From positions 531 to 64,530 of the forward strand of contig DATBRN010000027.1 in the NCBI GenBank assembly GCA_036560225.1: DNA of 64,000 bases. The letters run 5' to 3'. Under the pieces are notes generated by a model. It saw only the letters and a program-made list of their open reading frames with translations. It had not been told where the DNA came from and did no database searches. Of the stretch, positions 18,570-27,952 are shown in pieces. Position numbers and translations under genes: made by a program. Origin of the DNA: Pyrinomonadaceae bacterium (GTDB lineage Bacteria; Acidobacteriota; Blastocatellia; Pyrinomonadales; Pyrinomonadaceae). The first letter of the stretch is position 1. Each line of letters starts with the position of its first letter.

Positions 18570-18722
18570 TTAGAAGTTTCCAGTACACTCCGGGTGGCCA
18601 CAGTCGCAATCGATTTCAACGGTATCGCCAGTGCCCTCGCACGAGGCGCTACAGTATTTGCCGCCTGCTTGAGGAGCACAACCGCAAACCGGGTTCTTAC
18701 AAGTTTCGTTCTCGTCTGCCAT
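18570..18722 (-). CDS. Bacterial metallothionein-like Cys-rich protein (SmtA/BmtA type)
   Basis: 50 aa from an ATG preceded by GGAGGAAG: MADENETCKNPVCGCAPQAGGKYCSASCEGTGDTVEIDCDCGHPECTGNF. The Cys/His pattern CxxxxCxC..YCSxxC..CxCGHxxC resembles SmtA. Confidence 0.6.
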   Translation of the reverse strand: MADENETCKNPVCGCAPQAGGKYCSASCEGTGDTVEIDCDCGHPECTGNF

Positions 18723-18836
18723 ACTTCCTCCTTGATGGTTTAGGTCTGTGGAAACACAGAGTAGCACATCTCGGACGACGATGACTGGGTGATTTCACCT
18801 TCCGGTAGTCTTTGTTTACTATGCAGTACGGTAGCC

Positions 18837-20180
18837 CTACTCCTCCTCCTCTTCAACTTGAGCTACGGTTTCCATCGCCCCTTTTGATTTCAGAAACCTG
18901 ACGACGGCAGCATGATCGTTTTCGGCGGCGTAAGCGAGAGCATTCTTCTTATCTTCATCGATCGCGTTGAGATCCGCGCCGGCCAGTACTAACGCCCGCA
19001 CGTTATTTACAAGTCCTTCTGAAGCTGCGAGCATCAGCGCGGTGCGTCCTTGCTTGTCTTTCGCATTTACTTCTGCGCCCGCATCGAGCAACGTCTTCAA
19101 TGCTTCAAGATTATTGGAGACCGCTACCTGCATAAGTGCTGTACTGCCGGAGTCGCTCTTGAGATTCACATCCGCCTTGGCGTTGATCAGGTCCCAGACG
19201 AGATCGGTGGTGGCATCGTCGTCGAGCATCATCAAAACCGTTTCGCCCTCGCGGTTCTTTGCGTTTACGTTCGCGCCCGCAGAAAGCAGCAGTTGCACCA
19301 TCTCACGGTTAGCGTTTTTCACAGCGTGCTCCAGCGCGGTGGTGCCGCTCTCCTTATCGCGCAGGTTAACATCTGTGCCCGCAATCAACTCTGTAAGCGT
19401 CTCGAGATTGTCTTCCTGCGCCGCTCTAATGAAGGGATTTGCGGGTGCAATAAATGCCACCGCACCCCCACCAGATATAAGCCGAACTTCATTGGAACCA
19501 AGATCGACCGTTTCTTCGATCATCGCCACGTTTAAAGTCCGGTCTACACGCGCTTCGCTGTTGGCTTGCACGTAGAATCCATCGGTTTGATCAGCAGCAA
19601 AACCTGGCGCCTCTATGCGGAGTTTGTAGACAGCCGATTGCAGGCTTTCGATCTTGAACTGGCCGTCGAATCCCGAGCTCGCATAAAGAGCGACATTCAA
19701 TTCCTCGTTCCAGAGAGAAATGGTGGCGCCCGAAATGGCCGCTCCATTCTGCCCGGTAATCGTGCCAACAATGCTTGAGCCTGGAACCCACTGAGTGTTT
19801 GGCTGCGTAGCAGCAGGCGGGTTCCAATTGCCTGACTGAGAACCTGCTGAATCCTGGCCAACGGCACTGGTGATGCTCAAAGTGGCCGTGAAGGCGCCGG
19901 CAGCAACTCGGGACACGCGGCGGCCAATGCGATGGAGCTTTTGCCGCACCGGGAGTGTTACCGGCCGGCCCCTCGGGTCTTGATAATAACGAACGCAAAG
20001 GCGGCCATTCGATCGAGCCACGAGCCGCTGCGCCTGGTTGCGCGTCATCTGAGAAAGATTGTGTACCTCAAGACTGCAGTGTTCACAGAAACGCACCTGG
20101 TCGTTGCCGATCATCGAGTCCCAATCGGTGATGCACGGCGAGGGAACGGTCAAATTGTTCAGAAAGTTTTTGGGTGCCAT
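18837..20180 (-). CDS. Protein with an N-terminal Cys-rich motif, a CarboxypepD_reg-like domain and C-terminal ankyrin repeats
   Basis: Start set at the ATG with AAGGAG 6 nt upstream. CEHCSLEVHNL..RLCVRY; GTITGQNGAAISGATISL..GQFKIESL..YKLRIEAPGF; about 5 ankyrin repeats (GTTALEHAVKNANREMVQLLLSAGANVNAKN..). Confidence 0.75.
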   Translation of the reverse strand: MAPKNFLNNLTVPSPCITDWDSMIGNDQVRFCEHCSLEVHNLSQMTRNQAQRLVARSNGRLCVRYYQDPRGRPVTLPVRQKLHRIGRRVSRVAAGAFTATLSITSAVGQDSAGSQSGNWNPPAATQPNTQWVPGSSIVGTITGQNGAAISGATISLWNEELNVALYASSGFDGQFKIESLQSAVYKLRIEAPGFAADQTDGFYVQANSEARVDRTLNVAMIEETVDLGSNEVRLISGGGAVAFIAPANPFIRAAQEDNLETLTELIAGTDVNLRDKESGTTALEHAVKNANREMVQLLLSAGANVNAKNREGETVLMMLDDDATTDLVWDLINAKADVNLKSDSGSTALMQVAVSNNLEALKTLLDAGAEVNAKDKQGRTALMLAASEGLVNNVRALVLAGADLNAIDEDKKNALAYAAENDHAAVVRFLKSKGAMETVAQVEEEEE

Positions 20181-20429
20181 GGTAGGTCTCCTTATCAAGT
20201 AGCGGATTGATTGGAGAGCCTGGGGAGAGAAGCTCGGACGCTTGCGCAGAATTAGACAGCGAGTCCGGCAGGAAGTTCCGGACTCATAAAGTACTGCCTT
20301 TGGACCAAGTCGATCGTTGACCTGGGGAGGAGCCTGTAGATTTACCGCTGAGATGCACCAACTTCATCTCATGGTTGTAAATATTTTCGTACACGCCACG
20401 CGATTTTGAATGAATGCTGAAACCCAACT

Positions 20430-23400
20430 TCATTTGATATCAAACGTCACCGGAACAACCACAGCGCGAGCCTCAGGATTATAGTAATCATAAACAACTG
20501 AGGGCGCTGTCTTCGCAGTTAGCGCGAAGCGAGGACGAAACTTAAAATCAAAGTCGACGCCACCCGCCCGTGGCCAGAGATAAACGACCACACGGTCCGG
20601 CAACACATCATACTGACTGATGGCCCATCCGGATTTCGTCATAGCGCTTTCGAGCGAGGCGCGATCGACATCCGCCCCTGGCGGCAGCCCAATTTCCGCG
20701 AGAATCATCCCATAACCGTAGAAGCCTACACGCTCGGCTTTAACATGACAGGCAATCTCGTCGTTGATCTTGCCCGCCTTTTTCTCGAACGTGGTTGCGA
20801 GACGTAATGAACTGCTTTCACCGATCTTCGTACCGGTGGTTTGCGTTGCCGTAGACACCGACCACGGCACGTAATAGTTTGCTACCAATTGGACCGATGC
20901 GAGCGCCGAACCTGCAGGACGCCGCAATTCAACACGGTTCGCACCAGTTTGCAAAAAACGCGAAATATCGGCGCGAAGCAGGCCGGAGAGTTGATCGCCT
21001 GGTGGCAAGTCCATTGAGGTCGCAAGCTGGCCGTTGATAATGATCTGAACCGAAGCCGCAGTCGTTGCCTTCTTTTCATCGAGAGCTGCGGCGTCAGTGG
21101 CCAGCAACGTCATGAGTGTGTCCAGCACATTAATCGTCGCTTGCGTTGAATACCAAACTCCGTAGCGGTCCTTTTGCCTCAGCAAGAAGAGCAAGCCGCT
21201 GCGAACCAGTGGGTCGCTAGATGGCGCGTTCGGGCTTGCCGTCTGTGACTGGGCCTTTGCAGTTCGTGCCAGGGCTTGAATAGCCAGCGCACTGGTTTCA
21301 ACCCGACCAGCGAGACCCCAACCATAGAAAGGCGTGTTTGTTTCCAACGCCCAATAGCTTGTGTCACCTTCGTTGTGAGCGAGCGTCCGAAGTTTTGCTG
21401 CGGCTCGGGTGGCGCCTTCTTTATCTCCCGCCTCGGTCGCAGCAAGGGCATACGATGCGATTAAATAAGGCTCGTCTATCGCTTCAATTCTCGTTGAGAG
21501 ATACGAAAGCGCGCGCTTGAGTTCCATTGAGACAGAATGGGAAACCTCCTGTTTGGTTGCGGCCGAGTCGTCACGTGCAACGGAGGACTCAGTCATCGCC
21601 AGCACTCGGGCAACAAAAGCCGTCAGTAACGCGGTGCGGCGTTGATTTTCAGGCTCCTGAGCGTAGGAATGGGAATCGGGCCAACTGCCATCTACGAGCT
21701 GCCGTTTGAACAGCCACTCGCGAGCGCCTTTGATTACCTCATCATCGACCGGAATAAACTCTTTAGCGTCGTGCAGGAACCTCAGTGCGTAAGCGGTCAG
21801 CGCGAGATCGGCCTCGCCGCGACCCCAGTATGAAAAGCCGCCATCCTCGGTGCGGTAGTTCAGCAAGCGTTGATAACCCAGTTGAGCGTAACGCTGCGCT
21901 TTCGCGTTTAATCGCGAATCGGATGGTATGTGCTTGTTGCGACGTAGGACCAACAAGCTCGGATAGGTCGATGAAATTGTCTGCTCGCCGCAACCATGCG
22001 GACGTTCGAGAATTCCTTCAACGCTTTCAACTACGTGGCCCATCAGGCTGGGATAAATCTTTAATTCCGCCCGCGTCGAGCCAGGAATCACTGAGGGGGG
22101 AAGATTCATGGTCAGTGTGCCAGCATCGCCAAATACGTCGCTGGCAGTTTGCGTCTTCTCTTCACCGTCAGGATGCACAGTTACCGGTTTTTCAATCGAA
22201 TCACTCGCTTCAGGGCCGCTCGCCGTAACCCTTTGCTTGCCGTCTTTCACTGAGGCCACGGCCTGCAAATCGAACGTTTGTCGCACGGCATCGCCTGCGG
22301 GAACATTCGCGCGCTGCCGTGCCGGTCCCTTAAGCGTGAACCAATTCTCCGGTTTGATTTCCAGATCGACTGTTTGCGAGCGCTCGAGATAGTTTCGCAG
22401 CACTATGGGCAATGAGATCTGATCTCCCTCAGTGAGCACACGCGGGGGATCGTGCTCAACAAAGAAAGGCTGGAACGCCTTAATCTCTGTCTCTGCTGTC
22501 CCCATCTCGCCATCTTCAGTCGAGCCGATCACCGACATCTTCCAGGTAGTGATGTTGTCCGCGAGCTTGAACTTCAATTGCGCGCGACCTTGTTTATCCG
22601 TTTCCAGTGATGGTTGCCACACGAGTGTTTCCGGAAAGTATTCGCGCAGCCGCGGGGTAGCGAGCTGAAGCGCTTGACCGATCGAAATGCGGGTCTTGCC
22701 TTCAGTGACTGTGGTCGATACCTGCGACGAAGTCGTGTTTAATCTGCTTTCGCCTTCAGCCGTCACTGTAACTACCTCGCTTATTGCCCCCGGCTCGAGT
22801 CTAAAATCGACAGTGGTTATGTTTGAAGAACTAACGGGAACCTCCTTGATGATTGCCGATTTGAATCCGGCGGCATCGCAGCGCAACTCATAAAAACCAA
22901 CTGGCAGGTTTCGCAAAATGAATCCTCCAGCCTCGTTGGTTTCGGCCTCGAATTCCATTGACGAGTTCTTTAAGGTCGCCTTTACTTTGGCGCCTGCTAC
23001 CACTGCGTCACTTGGATCAATAACAGTGCCCTTTATGGCGCCTTTTGCGCCCGCAAAGAAAATCGGTTGCACTGTTGTGTGATCGCGGCTGGTTTGTTCA
23101 ACTGTTAGCCTGGAAAACTTTGCTACCTCGAAATCGTCCGCAGTACCTTCCTTGCCGTCCTCCCCGGCAGAGCGCAGGTAAATAGAACTGATCTGTTGCG
23201 TGACAGGCGTAATCTTCGCGTGTCCTTGCGCCTGTTGATTGTAGGTCGAGACGCTCTGAAGAATTGCCCGGTCGGCGAAACGAAACTCAGTCTTGAAGTT
23301 AGCGTAGTAGCGATGACCCCAGGGATCGTGCAACTTCTCCTGGTCGACGCCTTCAGAGACAAGTACACGCTGCAGGTCGCGATCCTCCTGGGGCAGGGTA

Positions 23401-26400
23401 TCAGTCTGCTTGAAGTAATCTGCTAAGGCTTTTTCAATTCGAGCGCGCGTCTCGCGGAGGTAGTCGATGCTTGATATCCAAATGATGAAGTCGTCTGATT
23501 TGGATGTCTTGTTCGGACCACTGCTTTGTACATAAATGTGGAAGCTGTTCTGCTTGATAGCGAAGCTGAGATCGTAAGGCTGGCCCCAGGGATCGCGTAA
23601 CGAGTCGAAGTTGATCCCTTCCGACTCTAGTTCGGTTTTCAAAGTGGCAGCATCACGAATGAAGCCGCCGGTGCGCACGTGAAAAGCTTCGACAGCGCGA
23701 TTGATTGCCTCCCCGGTGAATCGAAAATAAGGCCTCGTGATTCGGGTGACGGAGAAATCGTCCTTAGTAGCGAAAATCTTATCGGGCCCGGAGCTAACGA
23801 TCTCGAAGATACTGTTATCTCGATCAATCGAGAATACGTCGTGATAAGGCTCTCCCCATGGATCCCTTATCTGGTCAAAGTCAACTCCTGATTCAAACAA
23901 CAGGCGGCGTAGAGTTTTGCCATCCTCAGGACGCATGCCGCTCTCTTTGTATCGGGTCTCCAGGAGATCGACGATAGGTTTTATGTGCCGACCAGTTAGT
24001 TCCGCAAAAACGCGCGCGTGACTCTCATCAAATCCTTCAGCGCTGAATAAGCGGGGCTCAAAGGGTTCGGCGCCAAGAAGTAACTCGGCGACCAGCTCCA
24101 TTCCTTCGGGTAGTGGCCTTGTTAGGTCTATTCGCTGCAGATCCTTCCGAGTTATGCCTCCGATCTGGTTGTCATACCCGCGCCATTGACTGAAACTGCC
24201 ATAAAAACCGAACGTTCCGCCGAAGTCCTGATCGGTGCGAGCCCTTTCTTCGACTGCTCGATCGAAGATGACGACTCCAAGGGCACTATCCGCCGGGCGA
24301 CCGTCAGGAGCAAAGACACGAAAGTCCACTGTTGCGTCCTCGCCAGGCTTGTAGTCGGCATGGTCAAGGCGGAAGTTGAGTTTGAGATCGCGATCTCTCG
24401 GAAACATGACTGTGCAAGAGCCAAACGGAAAGTTATACGAGTAATAATCGGGCGACTTCGAGTAAGCAGAGATACTTACTTCATCTTGAAATTCCGGCCC
24501 GTAATTCAGCGTAAATGTCGCTGCGCCGTTGTGGACCGATAGGTACCGCGATTCGATGATGTTTGATTCGTGAGAGACATCAACAATCATATCCATTTCT
24601 GGCTCGCTGGCTGTAATGTTCACCTTGATTCCCTCGCCGGGACGATAAAGGGCTTTATCAGTCTCCACTCGGATTACCGGCACATACCGGTAGTAGAACG
24701 ACTGGGTGTGATGGCCACTGAAGCCGCTGCCATGGCGGGCGGTGAAGTCGAGGGACCGGTACTGGTCATCGTCATCCACGTCTGGGCCAGGCGGTTTGAT
24801 GCCGGCCACTTTGGCGATGCCATACTTGTTGGTGCGAATAGTTTTCAGAATGGGTGCAGAACGCACACGTTCATCGCTGCTGTGTTGAGATTCGCGAATG
24901 GTCACGTCGCACGAGGCCGGCGTGCCATCGGCATAAGACGTTGCGACGTAAAACTGCATCGGGAGGCCTTTGGCTGGCGCAAAGCGTCCTTCGACTACAT
25001 AGATGTGAATTGCATCCTTGGTTACACGTAGATCAAAGCGTCGTTGTTCGGTGCGGTTGGTTGTCGGATCAGTGAAATAAGCTGCGTAATGAAGATCGTT
25101 AAAGCGGGAGTATTCCTCAGCCGCTAATTCCTGGTGGGCCTTCTTCAAGTCAATGTGGGCCACAAACTGTCCGTCTGCAGCGGTTTCACCTTCATACTCT
25201 TCGCCGGCTTTAATGTCCCACTTCTGTTCGCGAAAATTCCATTCGCGACTTTCTTCGCGAATGACGCGGACATGCCCGCGCTTCACCGGCTGGCCAAAGA
25301 TATAGTCTGCCCGCACCACGACGTCTGCATTTTGGCGAGGCTGATAGTAGGTGCGGTCCGGTTTTACCTTCACCGAAAAGTTTGGCAGATCGTAGCGGCT
25401 GATTTTCACCGTCTCATACCCTTGTGACTCGCCATAGTTCTCGTCATCCAACTCGATCTGGATGCCGTAGTTCCCCAGACGCGTGTTTTCCGGAATGACC
25501 CAGTCGGCAGTCGCGACACCAAAGCGCGAAGTACGGACACTTGTTTGAAAGACGTTCGTGTTTTCAGGATCGGTTATTTTCAGGGTCGCCTGGGCATTTG
25601 CCGCTGCGTGATGAGCGGAATTGAAGACCAGTGCGCGCACGTGAAGCGACTGCCCCGGCTGGTATATAGGTTTGTCGGTGGTGACCATAATCTGAGCACT
25701 GTCAGTTAGATCGACGTCATGGCTGGTCTCTTTGACGTAACCGCCGTGTCTGGCTACGACCTTCAGTTCACACTCATCTGTAGTGAGATTGGCCGGAATA
25801 TTCACGCCAATGACAGCGTAGCCGGCAGCGTCGGTGACGCCGGTTCCCCTTAGTCTTCCGCCTGGCGCATCTTCATCGTCATCAAGCTTGAGCTCAACAC
25901 TGACGTTTACATCTTTCACGGGCTTTCCAGTTATTGGATGGGAGGCGCGAACGTGTGTGTACTGGCGCCCACCAAGATGCGTCACGCGCGCGGTGCTCAT
26001 CTCAATGGCAAAGATGTCTGGTGTGTCGATCTGAGAGAGTGAAATGATTCCAGTGGCTGAGCTGGGTGCGTGCACAGCTTCAGGTGATGGGTCGATCTGA
26101 TAACTCAGCCGATACCAGGGCAGCGTCCGGTCATCGTCTTCATTCAGAGTCTCGGCGCTCAAAGTTAGGGGAATAGTTAGGCTGTTGGTTCCCGGTTGCA
26201 ACGCGACATCGCGAATGGCTGCGGCGCGCATGAGGTCTTTGGTATCGAGAAGTTCGAGTTTTAGATGGACCGGAAGGTTTTGACCTAAAGGATTAACGAC
26301 CTCCAGCACGACGGTCGCGTGGTCCTGAATTAGAAATCTGGTCGCGGACTCATTAACACGTAATCCATCGTTGGCCCTGGTTAGTTGAGCGAAGACAACG

Positions 26401-26444
26401 GCGACCGAGAAACACAAGAGAGAGAGAAGCCATCTGCGGCTCAT
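20430..26444 (-). CDS. Alpha-2-macroglobulin family protein (thioester-containing), 2004 aa, with extra inserted modules
   Basis: AGGAGG RBS, signal peptide, MG-type repeats, thioester motif HGCGEQ (codons at 21981-21995), and a C-terminal receptor-like domain. Inserts are three DPWG(E/Q/H)(P/R)Y modules and one CarboxypepD_reg-like domain. Confidence 0.88.
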   Translation of the reverse strand: MSRRWLLSLLCFSVAVVFAQLTRANDGLRVNESATRFLIQDHATVVLEVVNPLGQNLPVHLKLELLDTKDLMRAAAIRDVALQPGTNSLTIPLTLSAETLNEDDDRTLPWYRLSYQIDPSPEAVHAPSSATGIISLSQIDTPDIFAIEMSTARVTHLGGRQYTHVRASHPITGKPVKDVNVSVELKLDDDEDAPGGRLRGTGVTDAAGYAVIGVNIPANLTTDECELKVVARHGGYVKETSHDVDLTDSAQIMVTTDKPIYQPGQSLHVRALVFNSAHHAAANAQATLKITDPENTNVFQTSVRTSRFGVATADWVIPENTRLGNYGIQIELDDENYGESQGYETVKISRYDLPNFSVKVKPDRTYYQPRQNADVVVRADYIFGQPVKRGHVRVIREESREWNFREQKWDIKAGEEYEGETAADGQFVAHIDLKKAHQELAAEEYSRFNDLHYAAYFTDPTTNRTEQRRFDLRVTKDAIHIYVVEGRFAPAKGLPMQFYVATSYADGTPASCDVTIRESQHSSDERVRSAPILKTIRTNKYGIAKVAGIKPPGPDVDDDDQYRSLDFTARHGSGFSGHHTQSFYYRYVPVIRVETDKALYRPGEGIKVNITASEPEMDMIVDVSHESNIIESRYLSVHNGAATFTLNYGPEFQDEVSISAYSKSPDYYSYNFPFGSCTVMFPRDRDLKLNFRLDHADYKPGEDATVDFRVFAPDGRPADSALGVVIFDRAVEERARTDQDFGGTFGFYGSFSQWRGYDNQIGGITRKDLQRIDLTRPLPEGMELVAELLLGAEPFEPRLFSAEGFDESHARVFAELTGRHIKPIVDLLETRYKESGMRPEDGKTLRRLLFESGVDFDQIRDPWGEPYHDVFSIDRDNSIFEIVSSGPDKIFATKDDFSVTRITRPYFRFTGEAINRAVEAFHVRTGGFIRDAATLKTELESEGINFDSLRDPWGQPYDLSFAIKQNSFHIYVQSSGPNKTSKSDDFIIWISSIDYLRETRARIEKALADYFKQTDTLPQEDRDLQRVLVSEGVDQEKLHDPWGHRYYANFKTEFRFADRAILQSVSTYNQQAQGHAKITPVTQQISSIYLRSAGEDGKEGTADDFEVAKFSRLTVEQTSRDHTTVQPIFFAGAKGAIKGTVIDPSDAVVAGAKVKATLKNSSMEFEAETNEAGGFILRNLPVGFYELRCDAAGFKSAIIKEVPVSSSNITTVDFRLEPGAISEVVTVTAEGESRLNTTSSQVSTTVTEGKTRISIGQALQLATPRLREYFPETLVWQPSLETDKQGRAQLKFKLADNITTWKMSVIGSTEDGEMGTAETEIKAFQPFFVEHDPPRVLTEGDQISLPIVLRNYLERSQTVDLEIKPENWFTLKGPARQRANVPAGDAVRQTFDLQAVASVKDGKQRVTASGPEASDSIEKPVTVHPDGEEKTQTASDVFGDAGTLTMNLPPSVIPGSTRAELKIYPSLMGHVVESVEGILERPHGCGEQTISSTYPSLLVLRRNKHIPSDSRLNAKAQRYAQLGYQRLLNYRTEDGGFSYWGRGEADLALTAYALRFLHDAKEFIPVDDEVIKGAREWLFKRQLVDGSWPDSHSYAQEPENQRRTALLTAFVARVLAMTESSVARDDSAATKQEVSHSVSMELKRALSYLSTRIEAIDEPYLIASYALAATEAGDKEGATRAAAKLRTLAHNEGDTSYWALETNTPFYGWGLAGRVETSALAIQALARTAKAQSQTASPNAPSSDPLVRSGLLFLLRQKDRYGVWYSTQATINVLDTLMTLLATDAAALDEKKATTAASVQIIINGQLATSMDLPPGDQLSGLLRADISRFLQTGANRVELRRPAGSALASVQLVANYYVPWSVSTATQTTGTKIGESSSLRLATTFEKKAGKINDEIACHVKAERVGFYGYGMILAEIGLPPGADVDRASLESAMTKSGWAISQYDVLPDRVVVYLWPRAGGVDFDFKFRPRFALTAKTAPSVVYDYYNPEARAVVVPVTFDIK

Positions 26445-26673
26445 GGCGGCCTCCTAAAGAGCATTTAAGAAACGCACACTTCGAGCCTGGGGAGAAACTC
26501 ATTTGTTTCACCGACTGTTCTTACTGCTGAACTTTGAAGTTGAACTGTGAGCCCGGGGAGAAGCTTTCAGATTTCGACGCTGTGATGCACGAGGGTTGCC
26601 GGTTGGTTGTCAGAATTTCGTAATCGAGTTCAGAAAATCGGATTGACACGGATTTCGAAGAGCGTGAGTTGAT

Positions 26674-27591
26674 CTATTTAGCAAGTGCCGCGGCTATTGA
26701 TGCCGCGATGCGGGCGTTGTTTTCCAGCAAAGCGATGTTTGCCTGTAGCGTTGTGCCTTCGCTAGTCTGGGCCATTCGCGAGAGGAGAAACGGCGTCAAC
26801 TCGCGGCCGGCGATGCCTTGGCGTTCGGCATCCTTTAATGCCGCACTTAGTGTGCGCTCTAGATCCTCAGCCCGAACTTCAAACGTCTGCGGTACGGGAA
26901 CTGTAACCAGCAGAGCACGCTCAATCCCCAAACTTACCTGTGCTTGAAAGATTTGAACGATGTTCTCGGGCGAGTCAATCCGAATGTCTACCGGAAGCGA
27001 ACTGCGGCGCGAGTAAAAGGCCGGCATCTCGTCGCATTGATAACCGACGACGGTAATGCCATGAGTTTCCAGCCACTCGCGCGTAGCTGGCAGGTCCAGA
27101 ACAATCTTCGCGCCGGAACAAACGACTACCAGGCGGGTCGTTGCGAGCGCCGGTAAATCTGCAGAGATGTCCGGTAGTGGACCGCGATGAACGCCTCCGA
27201 TCCCGCCGGTGGCAAATACGCTGATACCCGCGCGGCTGGCGATCCAGCTCGTTGTGGCAACAGTAGTGGCGCCGTTCCACTTTTGCGCGATGGCTATCGG
27301 TAGATCGCGAATGCTGACCTTTCGGATCTCTTTGCTTTCAGCCACGAAACGGACTTGCTCGTCGCTGAGCCCGACGCAAAATTGGCCTTCGAGAATGGCG
27401 ATTGTCGCGGGAGTTGAACCCTCCTCGCGAACAATCTGTTCTAACCGAAGCGCAGTTTGAAGGTTTTGGGGTTGAGGCAAGCCGTGAGCGATCACGGTCG
27501 ATTCAAGCGCTACGACCGGCTTGTTCGCTGCAAGTGCGGACTGGACTTCGGGGCTGTAGTTGAGAAGTTTCGGGTCCATGAATGGCGGCAT
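26674..27591 (-). CDS. psuG: Pseudouridine-5-prime-phosphate glycosidase
   Basis: VVALESTVIAHGLPQPQN, TVATTSWIA..GISVFATGGIGGVHRG, and DISADL are the IndA/PsuG signature. The track start (27633) lies in the repeat array, so the start was moved to MPPFMDPK. Confidence 0.85.
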   Translation of the reverse strand: MPPFMDPKLLNYSPEVQSALAANKPVVALESTVIAHGLPQPQNLQTALRLEQIVREEGSTPATIAILEGQFCVGLSDEQVRFVAESKEIRKVSIRDLPIAIAQKWNGATTVATTSWIASRAGISVFATGGIGGVHRGPLPDISADLPALATTRLVVVCSGAKIVLDLPATREWLETHGITVVGYQCDEMPAFYSRRSSLPVDIRIDSPENIVQIFQAQVSLGIERALLVTVPVPQTFEVRAEDLERTLSAALKDAERQGIAGRELTPFLLSRMAQTSEGTTLQANIALLENNARIAASIAAALAK

Positions 27592-27910
27592 ATACGGAAC
27601 ACGGAGCGGTAGCGACCTGATGCGCCCACTCAACTACGGAACAGGAAGCAGTAGCTGATGCCACACTCAACCTGATACGGAACAGGGAGCGGTAGCGACC
27701 TGATCCGCCCACTCAACTACGGAACAGGGAGCAGTAGCTGATGCCACACTCAACCTGAAAGGAAAATGGCAATACGGAACAGGGAGCGGTAGCGACCTGA
27801 TCCACCCACTCAACTACGGAACAGGAAGCAGTAGCTGATGCCACACTCAACCTGAAAGGAAAATGGCAATACGGAACAGGGAGCGGTAGCGACCTGATCC
27901 ACCCACTCAA
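27592..27910 (+). repeat. Tandem array, forward orientation, of the GGAACAGGGAGCGGTAGCGACCTGAT..CCACTCAAC core alternating with a GGAACAGGAAGCAGTAGCTGATGCCACACTCAAC variant
   Basis: Read directly. It is the same core family as 2447-2963. Track ORFs 27503-27712 and 27713-27910 are translations of the repeats. Confidence 0.9.
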
Positions 27911-27952
27911 CTAGGTCTTACTTTCTTCGAGAGAGTCTTTCGATCTTTTAGG

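Noticed and set aside
20262-20286. Hairpin GAGTCCGG-caggaagtt-CCGGACTC as the terminator of the A2M gene
   Set aside because: The 8-bp stem is real, but it lies about 145 nt past the stop codon and lacks a U-tract on the minus strand. That is too weak to call, and it may equally belong to the ankyrin gene leader.
20430-26444. Expectation of the classical a2m-pbpC (PBP1C) gene pair
   Set aside because: No transglycosylase or transpeptidase gene flanks the A2M gene. The neighbours are psuG and an ankyrin protein, so the pairing is absent here.
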